DNA of 64,000 bases from a virus (taxonomy: Duplodnaviria; Caudoviricetes): positions 1 to 64,000 of IMG/VR virus record IMGVR_UViG_2974518997_000001; one strand, written 5' to 3'. This document shows positions 1 through 9,905 of the stretch, piece after piece. Within the stretch, counting starts at the first letter, position 1. Every line of letters begins with the position of its first letter. The notes beneath the pieces were generated by a model. The model made no database searches and was not told the origin of the DNA. It saw nothing but the letters and a program-made list of their open reading frames with translations. A program made the translations under genes and the position numbers.

Positions 1-795
1 ATGACAGACACGACCACCACCACCACGACGCCGGAAGGCCAGACCCTCTCGGGTCAGGGCATCGGGCACATCGTCGAGAACCGCGTGCTCAGCGAGCTGG
101 AGAAGGAGGCCGGCACCTCGGGCGGCACCCGCGGCGAGCCGAAGCTGCCGTACCCGCAGGTCCGTGAGATCCTCGCGCAGATCGCTGAGCTGACCGCTCA
201 GCTGCCGTGGTCGCACCCGGTGAAGAACGTCCAGTGGGTGCCGATCGACGACGTCCGGGCGAACGACTACAACCCGAACTCGGTGCCGAAGGAGGAGATG
301 CGTCTGCTCCACACCTCGATCAGCGAGGACGGCTACACGATGCCGATCGTGGCGATCTACGACGACGAGAACTCGACATCGGAGCGCCCGAAGTACGTGA
401 TCGTGGACGGCTTCCACCGCTACACGACCATGCGCATCTTCCAGGACACGTACGACACCACGGGCGGCTACCTGCCGGTCGTCGTGATCGACAAGCCGCT
501 GGCAGACCGCATCGCGTCGACCGTGCGCCACAACCGCGCCCGCGGCAAGCACTCGGTGGCCGGCATGGGCAACCTGATCCACCAGATGCTGATGGAGGGT
601 GCGAGCGACGCGGACATCATCTCCAAGGTCGGCGTGGACGCGGAGGAGCTGATGCGCCTCAAGCACATCACGGGATACTCGAAGCTCTACGCAGAGCGCG
701 AGAACTACAGCAAGGTCGCCCTGACCGGTACGCAGATGCGGGTCAAGGCCGAGTTCAAGAAGGAGCACCCGGATGAGCGCATCGAGAAGTTCTGA
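1..795 (+). CDS. ParB/Srx-N domain protein, IbrB/YbdM-like
   Basis: ANDYNPN...GYTMPIV...VIVDGFHRY ParB-N motifs plus C-terminal STVRHNRARGKHS typical of IbrB/YbdM. Confidence 0.85.
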   Translation: MTDTTTTTTTPEGQTLSGQGIGHIVENRVLSELEKEAGTSGGTRGEPKLPYPQVREILAQIAELTAQLPWSHPVKNVQWVPIDDVRANDYNPNSVPKEEMRLLHTSISEDGYTMPIVAIYDDENSTSERPKYVIVDGFHRYTTMRIFQDTYDTTGGYLPVVVIDKPLADRIASTVRHNRARGKHSVAGMGNLIHQMLMEGASDADIISKVGVDAEELMRLKHITGYSKLYAERENYSKVALTGTQMRVKAEFKKEHPDERIEKF

Positions 796-805
796 GCTGG
801 GCGTG

Positions 806-1378
806 ATGACGCCGAAGACCCTCGGCATCCTCACGATCGTCCCGTACTGGCGGAACCCGCGTCGCATCGCCGACGAGGCCGTCGAAGCGGTGATGGAGTC
901 GATCCGTCAGTTCGGCTACCAGACGCCGATCGTGGTGGACACCGAGAACGTCATCATCATGGGCCACACGCGCTACCAGGCGCTGCGTCGCCTCGGCGTG
1001 AAGGAGGTGCCCGTCCTCGTCGCCAGCACCCTGAACCCTCAGCAGGTGAAGGAACTGCGCACGATCGACAACCGCACCTCGGAGTACTCCCGCTGGGACT
1101 TCGAGAAGCTGATGGAGGAGCTGGACGGCGCGGACAGCGCGCTGATGCAGTCCTTCTTCCCGGAGGTCTTCGGACCGACGGACGCTGAGCTGAAGGACGG
1201 CGAGGACGCGATCGAGAAGATGACCGTGGAGGTCACCTACTCGGCTCCGATCAACGCGGAGTTCGTGTGCCCGGAGTGCTTCCACATGTGGGAGATGGAC
1301 GTCACCAAGGAGGACGTGCTCTCGGGAGAGCTCTACCTGAAGAACACCGACACCGAGAAGGCTGAGGAGCCGGCATGA
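806..1378 (+). CDS. ParB-N domain protein with C-terminal Zn-ribbon
   Basis: PYWRNPR...FGYQTPIVVD...IIMGHTRY...DNRTSEYSRWD; CPECFH. Start ATG 806 (GTG 803 possible). Confidence 0.8.
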   Translation: MTPKTLGILTIVPYWRNPRRIADEAVEAVMESIRQFGYQTPIVVDTENVIIMGHTRYQALRRLGVKEVPVLVASTLNPQQVKELRTIDNRTSEYSRWDFEKLMEELDGADSALMQSFFPEVFGPTDAELKDGEDAIEKMTVEVTYSAPINAEFVCPECFHMWEMDVTKEDVLSGELYLKNTDTEKAEEPA

Positions 1379-2007
1379 GTGCTGCAGAGATCGCTCCGGA
1401 GGAGCAGATCACCGTCGAGATGAACACCGACTTCCAGGTCGTGCCCATCGACACGGTGCACCCGTACGAGAACAACCCTCGGCGGATCCCGCAGGACGCG
1501 ATCAACGCGGTGGCACGCTCGATCGAGCTCTACGGCTGGCAGCAGCCGATCGTCGTGGACTCGGAGAACGTGATCGTCGTCGGTCACACGCGTCGCCTTG
1601 CTGCGCTGCAGCTGGGCTACACCGAGGTGCCGATCCTGGTCACTCGCATGCCCGAGGAGAAGATCAAGCAGTACCGCCTGGTCGACAACCGGACCTCTGA
1701 GTACTCGGGCTGGGACCACAACGCGCTGGTGATGGAGCTTCGTGAGTTCGAGGACGGGCTCCTGATGGAGTTCTTCCCGGACATCAACCTCGAGGCCGAC
1801 ATGGTGCAGTCGGTGTCTGCGCCCTCGGAAGCCGAGCTGAAGTGGGCACAGGAGAAGGTCACCACCGTCAAGGACGAGAGCGTGGCCAGCCTGCACACGA
1901 CCGGCGTCACCTGCCCGAGCTGCGAGGCTCACTTCTCGGTCCGCACGCGCAGTCTGCCGGGCATGAACGAGAAGCTGATCGAGGAGATTGCTGGTGGCGA
2001 AGCCTGA
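1375..2007 (+). CDS. ParB-N domain protein with C-terminal Zn-ribbon (paralog of the previous gene)
   Basis: PYENNPR...YGWQQPIVVD...IVVGHTR...DNRTSEYSGWD; CPSCEA; ATGA overlap. Confidence 0.8.
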   Translation: MSAAEIAPEEQITVEMNTDFQVVPIDTVHPYENNPRRIPQDAINAVARSIELYGWQQPIVVDSENVIVVGHTRRLAALQLGYTEVPILVTRMPEEKIKQYRLVDNRTSEYSGWDHNALVMELREFEDGLLMEFFPDINLEADMVQSVSAPSEAELKWAQEKVTTVKDESVASLHTTGVTCPSCEAHFSVRTRSLPGMNEKLIEEIAGGEA

Positions 2008-2530
2008 TGACATCCTCGGCCAGACCGTAGCGGCGGCCGCCAAGGGAGTCACCGCATCCGAGAAGGAGCGGCAGGCTACCCGCCGGGCGGAGGCACTGTC
2101 GCTCCGTCTGGCGGGGCTGAGCTATGAGACGATCGGCAACCGGCTTGGGATCTCCAAGCAGGCGGCCGCACAGATGGTGCAGCGCTCCCTCGAGCATGCC
2201 GAGCAGCAGGGTGTCGCGGCGCTGCGCGCGGAGGAGAACGCACGTCTGGATCGAGCGCAGTCGGCGATCTGGGGCGACGTCATCCAGGGCGACCTGAAGG
2301 CGATCGGCGTGTTCCTGCAGATCAGCGCGGCGCGCGCGAAGATGAACGGTCTGTACTCGCCCACGCAGGTGCAGATGAGCGTGTCCATCCGCAAGGACAT
2401 GGAGGACGCTCTGGCCTCGCTCGAGGAGCTGGTGCTCGTGCAGGACAAGCCGCCGCAGAACAACCAGGCGGCCCTAGAGGCGTACTCTTCGATCGACGAC
2501 GACTATGCCGAGGAGGTGGACGATGAGTGA
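1994..2530 (+). CDS. HTH DNA-binding protein, probable terminase small subunit
   Basis: ALSLRLAGLSYETIGNRLGISKQAA HTH; directly upstream of terL; GAGGAG RBS before GTG 1994. Confidence 0.65.
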   Translation: MAKPDDILGQTVAAAAKGVTASEKERQATRRAEALSLRLAGLSYETIGNRLGISKQAAAQMVQRSLEHAEQQGVAALRAEENARLDRAQSAIWGDVIQGDLKAIGVFLQISAARAKMNGLYSPTQVQMSVSIRKDMEDALASLEELVLVQDKPPQNNQAALEAYSSIDDDYAEEVDDE

Positions 2531-4307
2531 TCTGGCCACGATCAGCGAGGGAGACCTCGAGCGCGACTCCTTCGGTCAGGACGTCGTCGTGGAGCCCCGG
2601 CTGAACCCGGAGGAGTTCAAGGCCCGCATCGCCGAGCTGAAGCGCATGGCGCGGCAGGCCTCCTCGGAGGAGGAAGCGCGCCAGATCGTCAGCCGGATCG
2701 CGCGCATCGCCCGCGCGTACCGCGTGCAGAACGGCATCGGCGTCGCGCTGAACCCGGCCCTGCAGGCCCTCGAGCTGGATCCCGGCTACCGCATCCGGCC
2801 GCACATCGGCTACCTGGCGGACAAGATCGCGGAGGCCGTGAGGGACGTCGAGCGCGGCATCAGCCGGCGACTCATCGTCTCGATGCCGCCGCGAGCTGGG
2901 AAGAGCACCCTGACGTCGCTGTACACGCCGCTCTGGATCCTCCGCCGGCATCCGGAGTGGAAGATCATGATGGCGTCGTACGACGGCGCGCTGACCCGCG
3001 GCTGGGCGAAGCAGCAGCGCACCCTGATCGAGGACAAGCCGGGCCTCGGTGTCGCGCTGCAGCGTGACGGCGGTGCCGGCGGTGTGTGGTCGACGATGGA
3101 GAAGGGCGGCATGTTCGCCACCGGTGTCGGCGGCGCGATGACCGGTCGTGGTGCGAAGGTCATGCTCATCGATGACCCGATCGCCGACTTCGTGAGCGCG
3201 CACTCGCCGCGCATCCGTGACAACCTCTGGAACTGGTGGCTGTCAGTCGCACAGACGCGACTCGAGCCGCCGTCCCTCGTGATCGTCGTCATGACGCGGT
3301 GGCACGAGGACGACTTCGTCGGTCGCCTGCTCAGCAAGGAGTACGAGGGTGACCCCTCGGAGTGGGAGGAGATCGTGCTGCCCGCGATCGCCGACCGCGA
3401 CGCAGTGGCTGGAGTCTCCGTCGACCCTCTCGGTCGCGAGAAGGGCCAGCCGCTCTACAGCCCGCTCCCGTCGCTGGACAACGAGTCCGAGGAGGACGCG
3501 CGTCGCCGCTGGGAGAAGGTGAAGGTGGACGTCGGTACGTACACCTTCTCGGCCATGTACCAGCAGCGACCGGCACCTCAGAAGGGTGCCATCTTCGACG
3601 CCGGCTGGTGGAGGTTCTGGACGACCGATCCCGCTCGAGCGACCGAGGACGGGCGCATCGTCTTCCTCGATCCGGGCGGCCTGGTCGGCGCGCAGTGGCT
3701 GGACAGCTGGGACACCGCGTTCAAGGCCTCGGAGGACTCCTCGTACGTGGTCGCTCAGCGCTGGGCGAAGCAGGGGCCGAACCGCTACCTCATCGCGCAG
3801 AAGCGCAACCGCTGGTCGTTCACCAAGACGCTCAAGGAGATGCAGGCTTGGGCGGAGCCGAACGACCACAAGAACAGCCCGTACGGCAACTTCGTGCACA
3901 AGCGGCTCATCGAGGAGAAGGCCAACGGGGCCGCGATCATCGACACTCTCCGAGAGGAGATCAGCGGCATGAAGGCGATCAACCCGAAGACCTCGAAGGA
4001 GGCCCGTGCGCGTTCGATCACTCCCGAGGTGGAGTCCGGGCACGTCTACCTGCCGCATCCGCTGGACCCGGGCAACGAGTGGGTGCCGGAGCTTCTCTCG
4101 GAGCTGAGGAACTTCCCGCACGACACGAACGACGACCAGGTGGACTCGCTGACACAGGCGCTCGAGGAGTTCCGCGATCCGGGCATCGGTGGCCTCACCG
4201 TGCCGGGCCGGGTGCAGGGTCCGAACCCGACGGGCATCCCTCGGCGGATTCCGGGCAGTCGCACGGCGGCCGCGAACACGATGGGACGACGGATCCCGGG
4301 TCGGTAG
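2523..4307 (+). CDS. terL: terminase large subunit
   Basis: Walker A VSMPPRAGKS, Walker B MLIDDP, MTRWHEDD, nuclease SWDTAFK and NDDQVDSLTQAL. Confidence 0.95.
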   Translation: MSDLATISEGDLERDSFGQDVVVEPRLNPEEFKARIAELKRMARQASSEEEARQIVSRIARIARAYRVQNGIGVALNPALQALELDPGYRIRPHIGYLADKIAEAVRDVERGISRRLIVSMPPRAGKSTLTSLYTPLWILRRHPEWKIMMASYDGALTRGWAKQQRTLIEDKPGLGVALQRDGGAGGVWSTMEKGGMFATGVGGAMTGRGAKVMLIDDPIADFVSAHSPRIRDNLWNWWLSVAQTRLEPPSLVIVVMTRWHEDDFVGRLLSKEYEGDPSEWEEIVLPAIADRDAVAGVSVDPLGREKGQPLYSPLPSLDNESEEDARRRWEKVKVDVGTYTFSAMYQQRPAPQKGAIFDAGWWRFWTTDPARATEDGRIVFLDPGGLVGAQWLDSWDTAFKASEDSSYVVAQRWAKQGPNRYLIAQKRNRWSFTKTLKEMQAWAEPNDHKNSPYGNFVHKRLIEEKANGAAIIDTLREEISGMKAINPKTSKEARARSITPEVESGHVYLPHPLDPGNEWVPELLSELRNFPHDTNDDQVDSLTQALEEFRDPGIGGLTVPGRVQGPNPTGIPRRIPGSRTAAANTMGRRIPGR

Positions 4308-4373
4308 CACCAGAAGACACCGTGGGAGGCGCTGAGCGTCGTCTGACATTCTTCCCACAAATCTCGCGATCTG

Positions 4374-4415
4374 TGCTACACTTGAATCACACGGGGAAGG
4401 GCCCCGTGGGATTCA
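4374..4415 (+). promoter_or_regulatory. extended -10 promoter (TG-C-TACACT) plus AAGGG-loop hairpin, copy 1
   Basis: TGCTACACT 4374-4382; tgaatcacacgggg-AAGGG-ccccgtgggattca 4383-4415. Confidence 0.75.
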
Positions 4416-4425
4416 GGAGTTCGCA

Positions 4426-4806
4426 ATGACCACTCAGACCGACGTCCAGATCACACCGCTCACCGCGGACACGCTGGACCAAGCCTTCAAGGGCTCGTAC
4501 TACACGATCGCCGGCGCGGGCGGTCCGCTCGACGTCTGGGTGAACGGCTACGAAGAGCTCATGGCCGAGCGCAAGATCGGGAAGCCCTCGCAGTGGTTCT
4601 CGACCACGGGCGCTGAGGTCAACGCGTACTTCCTGCGCACGGGCCGCTACCCGCACCCGGACGACCTGTTCAAGGACGACATCACCCTGCTCCTTTTCCC
4701 GCTCGACGGCGTCGGTGCTGGTGCACGGCTCCCGCTGTTCAAGATCGAGATGCAGGACCGCTGGTTCGACGACATCATCGGCGGCATGAAGCAGCGGGCG
4801 CGCTGA
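4426..4806 (+). CDS. hypothetical protein
   Basis: AGGAG RBS, phage codon bias. Confidence 0.8.
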   Translation: MTTQTDVQITPLTADTLDQAFKGSYYTIAGAGGPLDVWVNGYEELMAERKIGKPSQWFSTTGAEVNAYFLRTGRYPHPDDLFKDDITLLLFPLDGVGAGARLPLFKIEMQDRWFDDIIGGMKQRAR

Positions 4807-5072
4807 TGGCCGCCAAGTTCCTCATCGACGCCGTGGGGGAGGTCGCCAAGAGCCTCCCGTTCGGCGAAGATCGCAACCGCGTCGAGGCAATGATCCACGA
4901 CTACCGCGGCTTCCAGGAGGCCGCCGAGTACCTTCGTGCACGAGACCTCGAGAGGGCGATGCCCGCCTTCGACATCGTCGCTCGCGTGCGCCGGCTGATC
5001 TGTGAAGCGGAGAGCGCCGGTGACGACGCGGTGACGCTCGTGCAGCTGAAGGAGGCGGTCAGCGGTGGCTGA
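4806..5072 (+). CDS. hypothetical protein
   Basis: TGATG coupling. Confidence 0.75.
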   Translation: MAAKFLIDAVGEVAKSLPFGEDRNRVEAMIHDYRGFQEAAEYLRARDLERAMPAFDIVARVRRLICEAESAGDDAVTLVQLKEAVSGG

Positions 5073-5265
5073 GACCCTCGAGGACCTGCAGCGTCAGCTG
5101 AAGCAGGCCGAGAGGGACGAGGTCGTTGACGGCCACCGCTCGGACCGCGCGTACGCACGGAAACAGACCCGCCGGGGTCAGTTCTTCGCCCAGGAGTCGC
5201 GTCGCGATTTCCTCATCCAGACCATTCTCAAGCGCCGCATCGAGCGGCTGACCCAAGGAGCATGA
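5065..5265 (+). CDS. hypothetical protein
   Basis: overlapping start, GGAGG RBS. Confidence 0.7.
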   Translation: MAETLEDLQRQLKQAERDEVVDGHRSDRAYARKQTRRGQFFAQESRRDFLIQTILKRRIERLTQGA

Positions 5266-5432
5266 TGCTCGCACTCACCGGAGAGCACGTCCTGTGGCGC
5301 ACCGGTGAGGTCGTCACCAAGCTCACCATCGCCCACCGCCACAATGATCAGACCTGTCTCATCCTTCATCGCGACGGCACGACCGAACGCGTCGTGATCG
5401 ACAACATCCAGACCCTCAAGGAGTACCTGTGA
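5262..5432 (+). CDS. hypothetical protein (56 aa, not in ORF track)
   Basis: AAGGAG RBS, ATGA overlap upstream and GTGA overlap with the ligase; MMLALTGEHVLW... Confidence 0.7.
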   Translation: MMLALTGEHVLWRTGEVVTKLTIAHRHNDQTCLILHRDGTTERVVIDNIQTLKEYL

Positions 5433-6466
5433 ACTCGCCTCTTCCCACCCTCAAGCCGATGAAGATGACCGACATCCCGGTCACCGACGCGGAGAAGTAC
5501 CTGGTCGACGATGACTGGGTGCTCGAGCAGAAGCACGATGGCGCACGCGCGCTGATCACTGCGGTGTACGAGGAGGCACCCGGTTCCGAGGATCCTCGAT
5601 GGACGTTCACCTGGCAGGCGTCTGGTGGCGGCCCGCTGAAGTTCGCCGCGGCGGCGCAGCACATGCGCGACATCGAGAAGTCGCTGAGTGAGGTCTTCCT
5701 CCGAGAGGACGTCGACCGCGTGATCCTCGACGGTGAGCTGATCGTGGAGGACGGCGAGCTGCGCCTCTTTGACGTGGCGTACCTCGAGTACAACTCCCGG
5801 AACGAGCCGGACATCGAGCCGCACTACTTCTTCAGCCAGCGTCGAGCGGCGCTGGAGGAGCTTTTCGCGCATCACGACTACGCGAACGTGAAGGTCTCGC
5901 ACCAGGCGCTCACCGAGGACGAGAAGCGCCGCCTGTGGGCGGGCATCAACTACGAGGGCGTGGAGGGCGGCATGGTCAAGCACCTCGACGGCATCTACGA
6001 GCCGGGCGTGCGCACGAAGACCCAGCTCAAGCTGAAGCTCGTGAAGACGGCCGACGTCATCGTCACCTCGGTGGAGCGGAAGTTCGACCACAAGGGCATG
6101 GTGACCCACGGCTCGGCCGGCCTCGCTCTGCGCATCCGTCCGGAGCAGGACCCGAAGCCGTGGCTTTCAGCCGTCACCGGGAAGCGCACCGACGCCGCTG
6201 GACACGCGAAGATGAGCCCTGCACGACAGCTGGCTCACGCTTTCGTCCCTCGGGAGCAGATCTCGGTGGGCGCGGCCAGCCTCATCGGCAAGGACCTGAC
6301 GATCGACGTCGGCGACGTGGTGGAGGTCGCGTACCTCTACTGGGGCGGCGAGGCTCTCGTGCAGCCGCGCATCCTGCGCAAGCGTCTGGTCGAGGAGAAG
6401 CCCTCGGAGGACTGCTGGCTCGACCAGATCCCCGCGTACTCGCGGCGCTCGGTGGGGGTCTTCTGA
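5429..6466 (+). CDS. lig: ATP-dependent DNA ligase
   Basis: motif I EQKHDGAR, III ILDGEL, IIIa LFDV, IV EGGMVK, V KLK; C-terminal OB-fold-like region. Confidence 0.85.
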   Translation: MNSPLPTLKPMKMTDIPVTDAEKYLVDDDWVLEQKHDGARALITAVYEEAPGSEDPRWTFTWQASGGGPLKFAAAAQHMRDIEKSLSEVFLREDVDRVILDGELIVEDGELRLFDVAYLEYNSRNEPDIEPHYFFSQRRAALEELFAHHDYANVKVSHQALTEDEKRRLWAGINYEGVEGGMVKHLDGIYEPGVRTKTQLKLKLVKTADVIVTSVERKFDHKGMVTHGSAGLALRIRPEQDPKPWLSAVTGKRTDAAGHAKMSPARQLAHAFVPREQISVGAASLIGKDLTIDVGDVVEVAYLYWGGEALVQPRILRKRLVEEKPSEDCWLDQIPAYSRRSVGVF

Positions 6467-6759
6467 TGGTCGACATGAGCGCATTCCAGCCGGAGGTGCC
6501 CTCGGATTGGACTCCGGAGCTGAGCGACGTTCTTCAGCTGGAGACCCGTCTGCGCACGCCTCGACCGAGCTTCCGAGGCGTCGGCGGCGATGACAAGCCG
6601 CTGACTGACACCGAGCTCGATCTGCGGATCTCCAACGAGATCGTGAGCGCGGAGAAGAAGATCGTGGAGCTCAAGCTCCTGCGCCAGATCCGCGCGGAGA
6701 GGTCACGTGACGCGCACTGGTGGATCCGCGTGCTGAACACCCTCGGAGGCCGATCGTGA
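6466..6759 (+). CDS. hypothetical protein
   Basis: TGATG coupling; MVDMSAF... Confidence 0.7.
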   Translation: MVDMSAFQPEVPSDWTPELSDVLQLETRLRTPRPSFRGVGGDDKPLTDTELDLRISNEIVSAEKKIVELKLLRQIRAERSRDAHWWIRVLNTLGGRS

Positions 6760-6971
6760 CCGGCGGCGACACTCCCGTGCACACCGTGGCTGATCTCATC
6801 CAGGCGCTCAAGCAGCGTCCTTCGGATCAGCGCGCCGAAATGGCGATCAGCGTTGACCTCGAGACTCCCGGCAACGACACGACACCCACCAACATCTACG
6901 TCACCGGCCCTGACCGTGTGCGCACCAACCGGCACGGCCGGATCATCCTGACAGTGAGGACAGACCAGTGA
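6756..6971 (+). CDS. hypothetical protein
   Basis: GTGA overlap, GGAGG RBS. Confidence 0.7.
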   Translation: MTGGDTPVHTVADLIQALKQRPSDQRAEMAISVDLETPGNDTTPTNIYVTGPDRVRTNRHGRIILTVRTDQ

Positions 6972-7474
6972 AGACCCAGGACGAGATCGTCGCAGAGATC
7001 GAGAAGGTCTCGGCATCCGGCGAGGATATGTTCGGCGCACGGCGCGACGAGCTGATCGTGGCGCTCGACTTCGAGCACGCGAAGGCGTACATCCTCGACG
7101 ACGTGACCGAGGAGCAGTGGGCCGAGCACTACGCCTACAAGACCGACGAGGACGTTCGCAAGGGCGCGATTGACTACCTCGACTTCGCCGTCGGCAAGGC
7201 GCTGAACCACCGCGGCATCTCTGCAGGACGCTCGGTGGATCACTTCCTCGGGTTCGCGTTCCTGATCGGCGGCGACGAGGCTGTGCAGGCGATCCAGAAC
7301 ACCGAGTACCAGAACTACGGCGTGCCGCAGCTGGACCAGGCGACCGAGCTGCTCGGCATTCGTGAGGCCTGGGTCACGTACGCGGACCCGCGCTCGGAGG
7401 ACGGCGCTCAGCTGATGAACATGGCGGCGGGTCGTCCCTGCCGCCGCGGATGCGAGAGCGGGTGCGCAGCATGA
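6968..7474 (+). CDS. hypothetical protein
   Basis: GTGA overlap; strong codon bias. Confidence 0.8.
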   Translation: MKTQDEIVAEIEKVSASGEDMFGARRDELIVALDFEHAKAYILDDVTEEQWAEHYAYKTDEDVRKGAIDYLDFAVGKALNHRGISAGRSVDHFLGFAFLIGGDEAVQAIQNTEYQNYGVPQLDQATELLGIREAWVTYADPRSEDGAQLMNMAAGRPCRRGCESGCAA

Positions 7475-7971
7475 CCCTCAAGTCCACCTTCGAGCGGTAT
7501 CAGGAGATGGTCACACGGCTCCACATCGACGCCGGCGAGCTGCTCTCGGTCCCGGATCGTGAGCTTCTGCGCGAGGCTGAGATGATGGTGTTCCGCTACG
7601 AGCAGCTGGTGCAGTTCCTGCGCGGCGACGTGCGGAGCTTCGACGAGACGATCGACGTGATCGACGGGGCGAAGGGCATCATCGAGCGGAACCAGCTTCG
7701 GAAGGACGTGGCCGAGGAGCTGCGTCAGAAGACCGTGCTCCGGCAGGATCAGCGCGATGCGGAGAACCGGTTGGCCGTCAAGGGGACGACCACCGAGCAG
7801 GCCGAGCCGGCACCTGACGTCCAGATCCACCTGAGCCTGGACGGCCTGGACGAGTACAGCGCGCGCTACGACGCGGGCAACCTCGGCGAGGTCCGAGTGT
7901 CGCGTGATCTCTTCGTGAAGCAGATGAGGCGGTCCGGGCACATCGTCGCGAGCCTCCGAGGCGTGCGATGA
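7471..7971 (+). CDS. hypothetical protein
   Basis: ATGA overlap. Confidence 0.75.
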   Translation: MTLKSTFERYQEMVTRLHIDAGELLSVPDRELLREAEMMVFRYEQLVQFLRGDVRSFDETIDVIDGAKGIIERNQLRKDVAEELRQKTVLRQDQRDAENRLAVKGTTTEQAEPAPDVQIHLSLDGLDEYSARYDAGNLGEVRVSRDLFVKQMRRSGHIVASLRGVR

Positions 7972-8207
7972 CCTCCCGGGATCAGTTCGACTGGGGCCAC
8001 GTCACGCGCACGGCGGAGATGGATGCGGCGCTCGAGACCGCGCGCAAGAACCAGGAGGCGATCCACGGCGAGCGCTACTGGGAGCGGCCGGTCGAAACGA
8101 CGGGTCCGAAGGATCCGCATCCCGGCCACCACCACACCTGCTACCTGCGGCTGGGACGCGACGTCTGCACGTGCCCGGAGGAGGGGGTGGAGCTGTGGAG
8201 GTTCTGA
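7968..8207 (+). CDS. hypothetical His/Cys-rich protein
   Basis: ATGA overlap; HHHTC...CTC. Confidence 0.7.
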   Translation: MTSRDQFDWGHVTRTAEMDAALETARKNQEAIHGERYWERPVETTGPKDPHPGHHHTCYLRLGRDVCTCPEEGVELWRF

Positions 8208-8644
8208 TCCGTGTCCCGCACGCCGAGCCGAAGCTCGACCTGCTGGATCACTCCGTGCACCCTCGGGACACTCCCGGTGGCTGGAGCGCGCTCTGCTTCG
8301 CCATGGACGAGCCGGAGCCCAACGGCGACTGGGGCGGCTACGCGCACCACCGTCGCAAGGGCTGGCGCGGACCTCTGTACCTCCACGAGAAGGAGAAGCA
8401 GTACGAGGGCGGCGCGTCCTGGTACAACGCGATGCTGGACGCGTGGCAGCACGACGTGACCGAGCACACGTACCTCGTGCGCGAGCAGCGCTGGGACGAG
8501 GTCATCGGCGGAGTCAGCCTGGACCTGGGATCCGAGCGAGTGTCTCAGCCCCTCGGGGTGCCGTTCCGCTTCCGGGACCGGACCGTCGCAGGAGCGCTCC
8601 TCGAGTTCTGGGACGGCATGCTGCACTTCTACGGGTGGCGCTGA
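8195..8644 (+). CDS. hypothetical protein
   Basis: GGAGG-like RBS before GTG; codon bias. Confidence 0.7.
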   Translation: MEVLIRVPHAEPKLDLLDHSVHPRDTPGGWSALCFAMDEPEPNGDWGGYAHHRRKGWRGPLYLHEKEKQYEGGASWYNAMLDAWQHDVTEHTYLVREQRWDEVIGGVSLDLGSERVSQPLGVPFRFRDRTVAGALLEFWDGMLHFYGWR

Positions 8645-9063
8645 TGGTCACGCCCGTGAAGTTCACCCGCTCGGTGCACATCCAGAACCGGCACATCACG
8701 GCGGCGACGAAGAACCAGGGTCCTCCTCGAACGGAGATGGACCTGCTGTTCCGCGTCACGGCGTCCCTCGGCTCAGTACAGCTGAAGGTGCGCATGCAGG
8801 TCGCGCCGCCGGCACCGATGTACGCGGCGAACTACCGCGCGATCGAGCCGCACAGCGTCTCCAGCCACTTCAAGCGCAACCTAAAGAGCTGGTGGATGGA
8901 GAGCCACGACTGCGACGTGCTGGTGCAGGACGTCTGCTACGGCGACATCGGCTACGGCCTCGCGGAGGACGTGTGGCGGTCGTTCCAGCTGACCGAGGAA
9001 GATGGGTGGGCTCACCTCGAGCGCATCTACAACGAGTGGAGGAAGCCCGATGACGAGTCCTGA
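8644..9063 (+). CDS. hypothetical protein
   Basis: TGATG coupling. Confidence 0.7.
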   Translation: MVTPVKFTRSVHIQNRHITAATKNQGPPRTEMDLLFRVTASLGSVQLKVRMQVAPPAPMYAANYRAIEPHSVSSHFKRNLKSWWMESHDCDVLVQDVCYGDIGYGLAEDVWRSFQLTEEDGWAHLERIYNEWRKPDDES

Positions 9064-9406
9064 CATCAGCCAGCCGATCGACCCGAAGAGCACCGCGTGG
9101 TGCGGCGACTGCGGGTTCAAGGCGTGGGGCATCTGGGCACACAAGAAGGCCGGCGAGCACTTCGCTCAGTTCGAGCACCTCGGCCCGCAGGAGGGCCACA
9201 TCGTCTACGTGAACACGCCGAACACCGAGGAGGACGACCGCAAGCGTGACGCGGCGATCGCCCGCGCGGAGCAGGTGGACCGCGAGACGGAGGAAGCTCT
9301 CGAGCGGAAGGCTCGCACTGCGAACGCCTCGATCACTCGGACCGACGACGGCATTGCTCACCTCCAGGTGCACGAGCCGTTCTTCCCGCCGGTGACGCGG
9401 CGATGA
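9050..9406 (+). CDS. hypothetical protein, CxxC...H Zn-finger-like
   Basis: GGAGG RBS; CGDCG...H. Confidence 0.7.
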   Translation: MTSPDISQPIDPKSTAWCGDCGFKAWGIWAHKKAGEHFAQFEHLGPQEGHIVYVNTPNTEEDDRKRDAAIARAEQVDRETEEALERKARTANASITRTDDGIAHLQVHEPFFPPVTRR

Positions 9407-9597
9407 GCCACCACTCGACCACCACGATCCGCTGCGATCACAGCCCCATCCTGTGCACGGAGAAGATCAGCGGCTCAGGCAGCTACAAGGCCATGCTCGC
9501 CGCCTCCCTGCACGAGGGCTGGCAGCAGACGAAGAAGGGCAGGAACCTCTGCCCGAAGCACCGGACGACAGCGCCGGAGAAAGCAGGTACGCGATGA
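9403..9597 (+). CDS. hypothetical Zn-binding protein
   Basis: CDH...C...GW...LCPKH; ATGA overlap. Confidence 0.7.
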   Translation: MSHHSTTTIRCDHSPILCTEKISGSGSYKAMLAASLHEGWQQTKKGRNLCPKHRTTAPEKAGTR

Positions 9598-9905
9598 ACA
9601 CCGTCGTGTGGAAGTTCCCGATCGTGATCGCGGAGGACAACCTCTCGATCGAGATGCCGGCAGTGAGCGTGGTCGTCGCCGTGGGCTGGGACAACATCAC
9701 TCAGGGTCCGGCGATCTGGGCGATGGTCGACCCGACCAGCGAGAAGATCAAGCGGCGGTTCTCGATCCGCGGCACCGGCCACGACTCCACCGGGCTGAAC
9801 CCTCGGAACTATCTCGGGATGGTGCAGTACCCGACGGTCGCGCTGGTGTTCCACCTTTGGGACGGCTGGCCCGAGGGCGTCGAGCCGGGGACGGCGGTGG
9901 AGTGA
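9594..9905 (+). CDS. hypothetical protein (common small phage family)
   Basis: VVWKFP...IWAMVDP...IRGTGH...YLGMVQ...LVFHLW. Confidence 0.75.
   Translation: MNTVVWKFPIVIAEDNLSIEMPAVSVVVAVGWDNITQGPAIWAMVDPTSEKIKRRFSIRGTGHDSTGLNPRNYLGMVQYPTVALVFHLWDGWPEGVEPGTAVE

Noticed and set aside
1-2007. parABS partition system implying a plasmid prophage
   Set aside because: No ParA, repressor or integrase in the window; the domains resemble IbrB and modification-associated ParB-N types.
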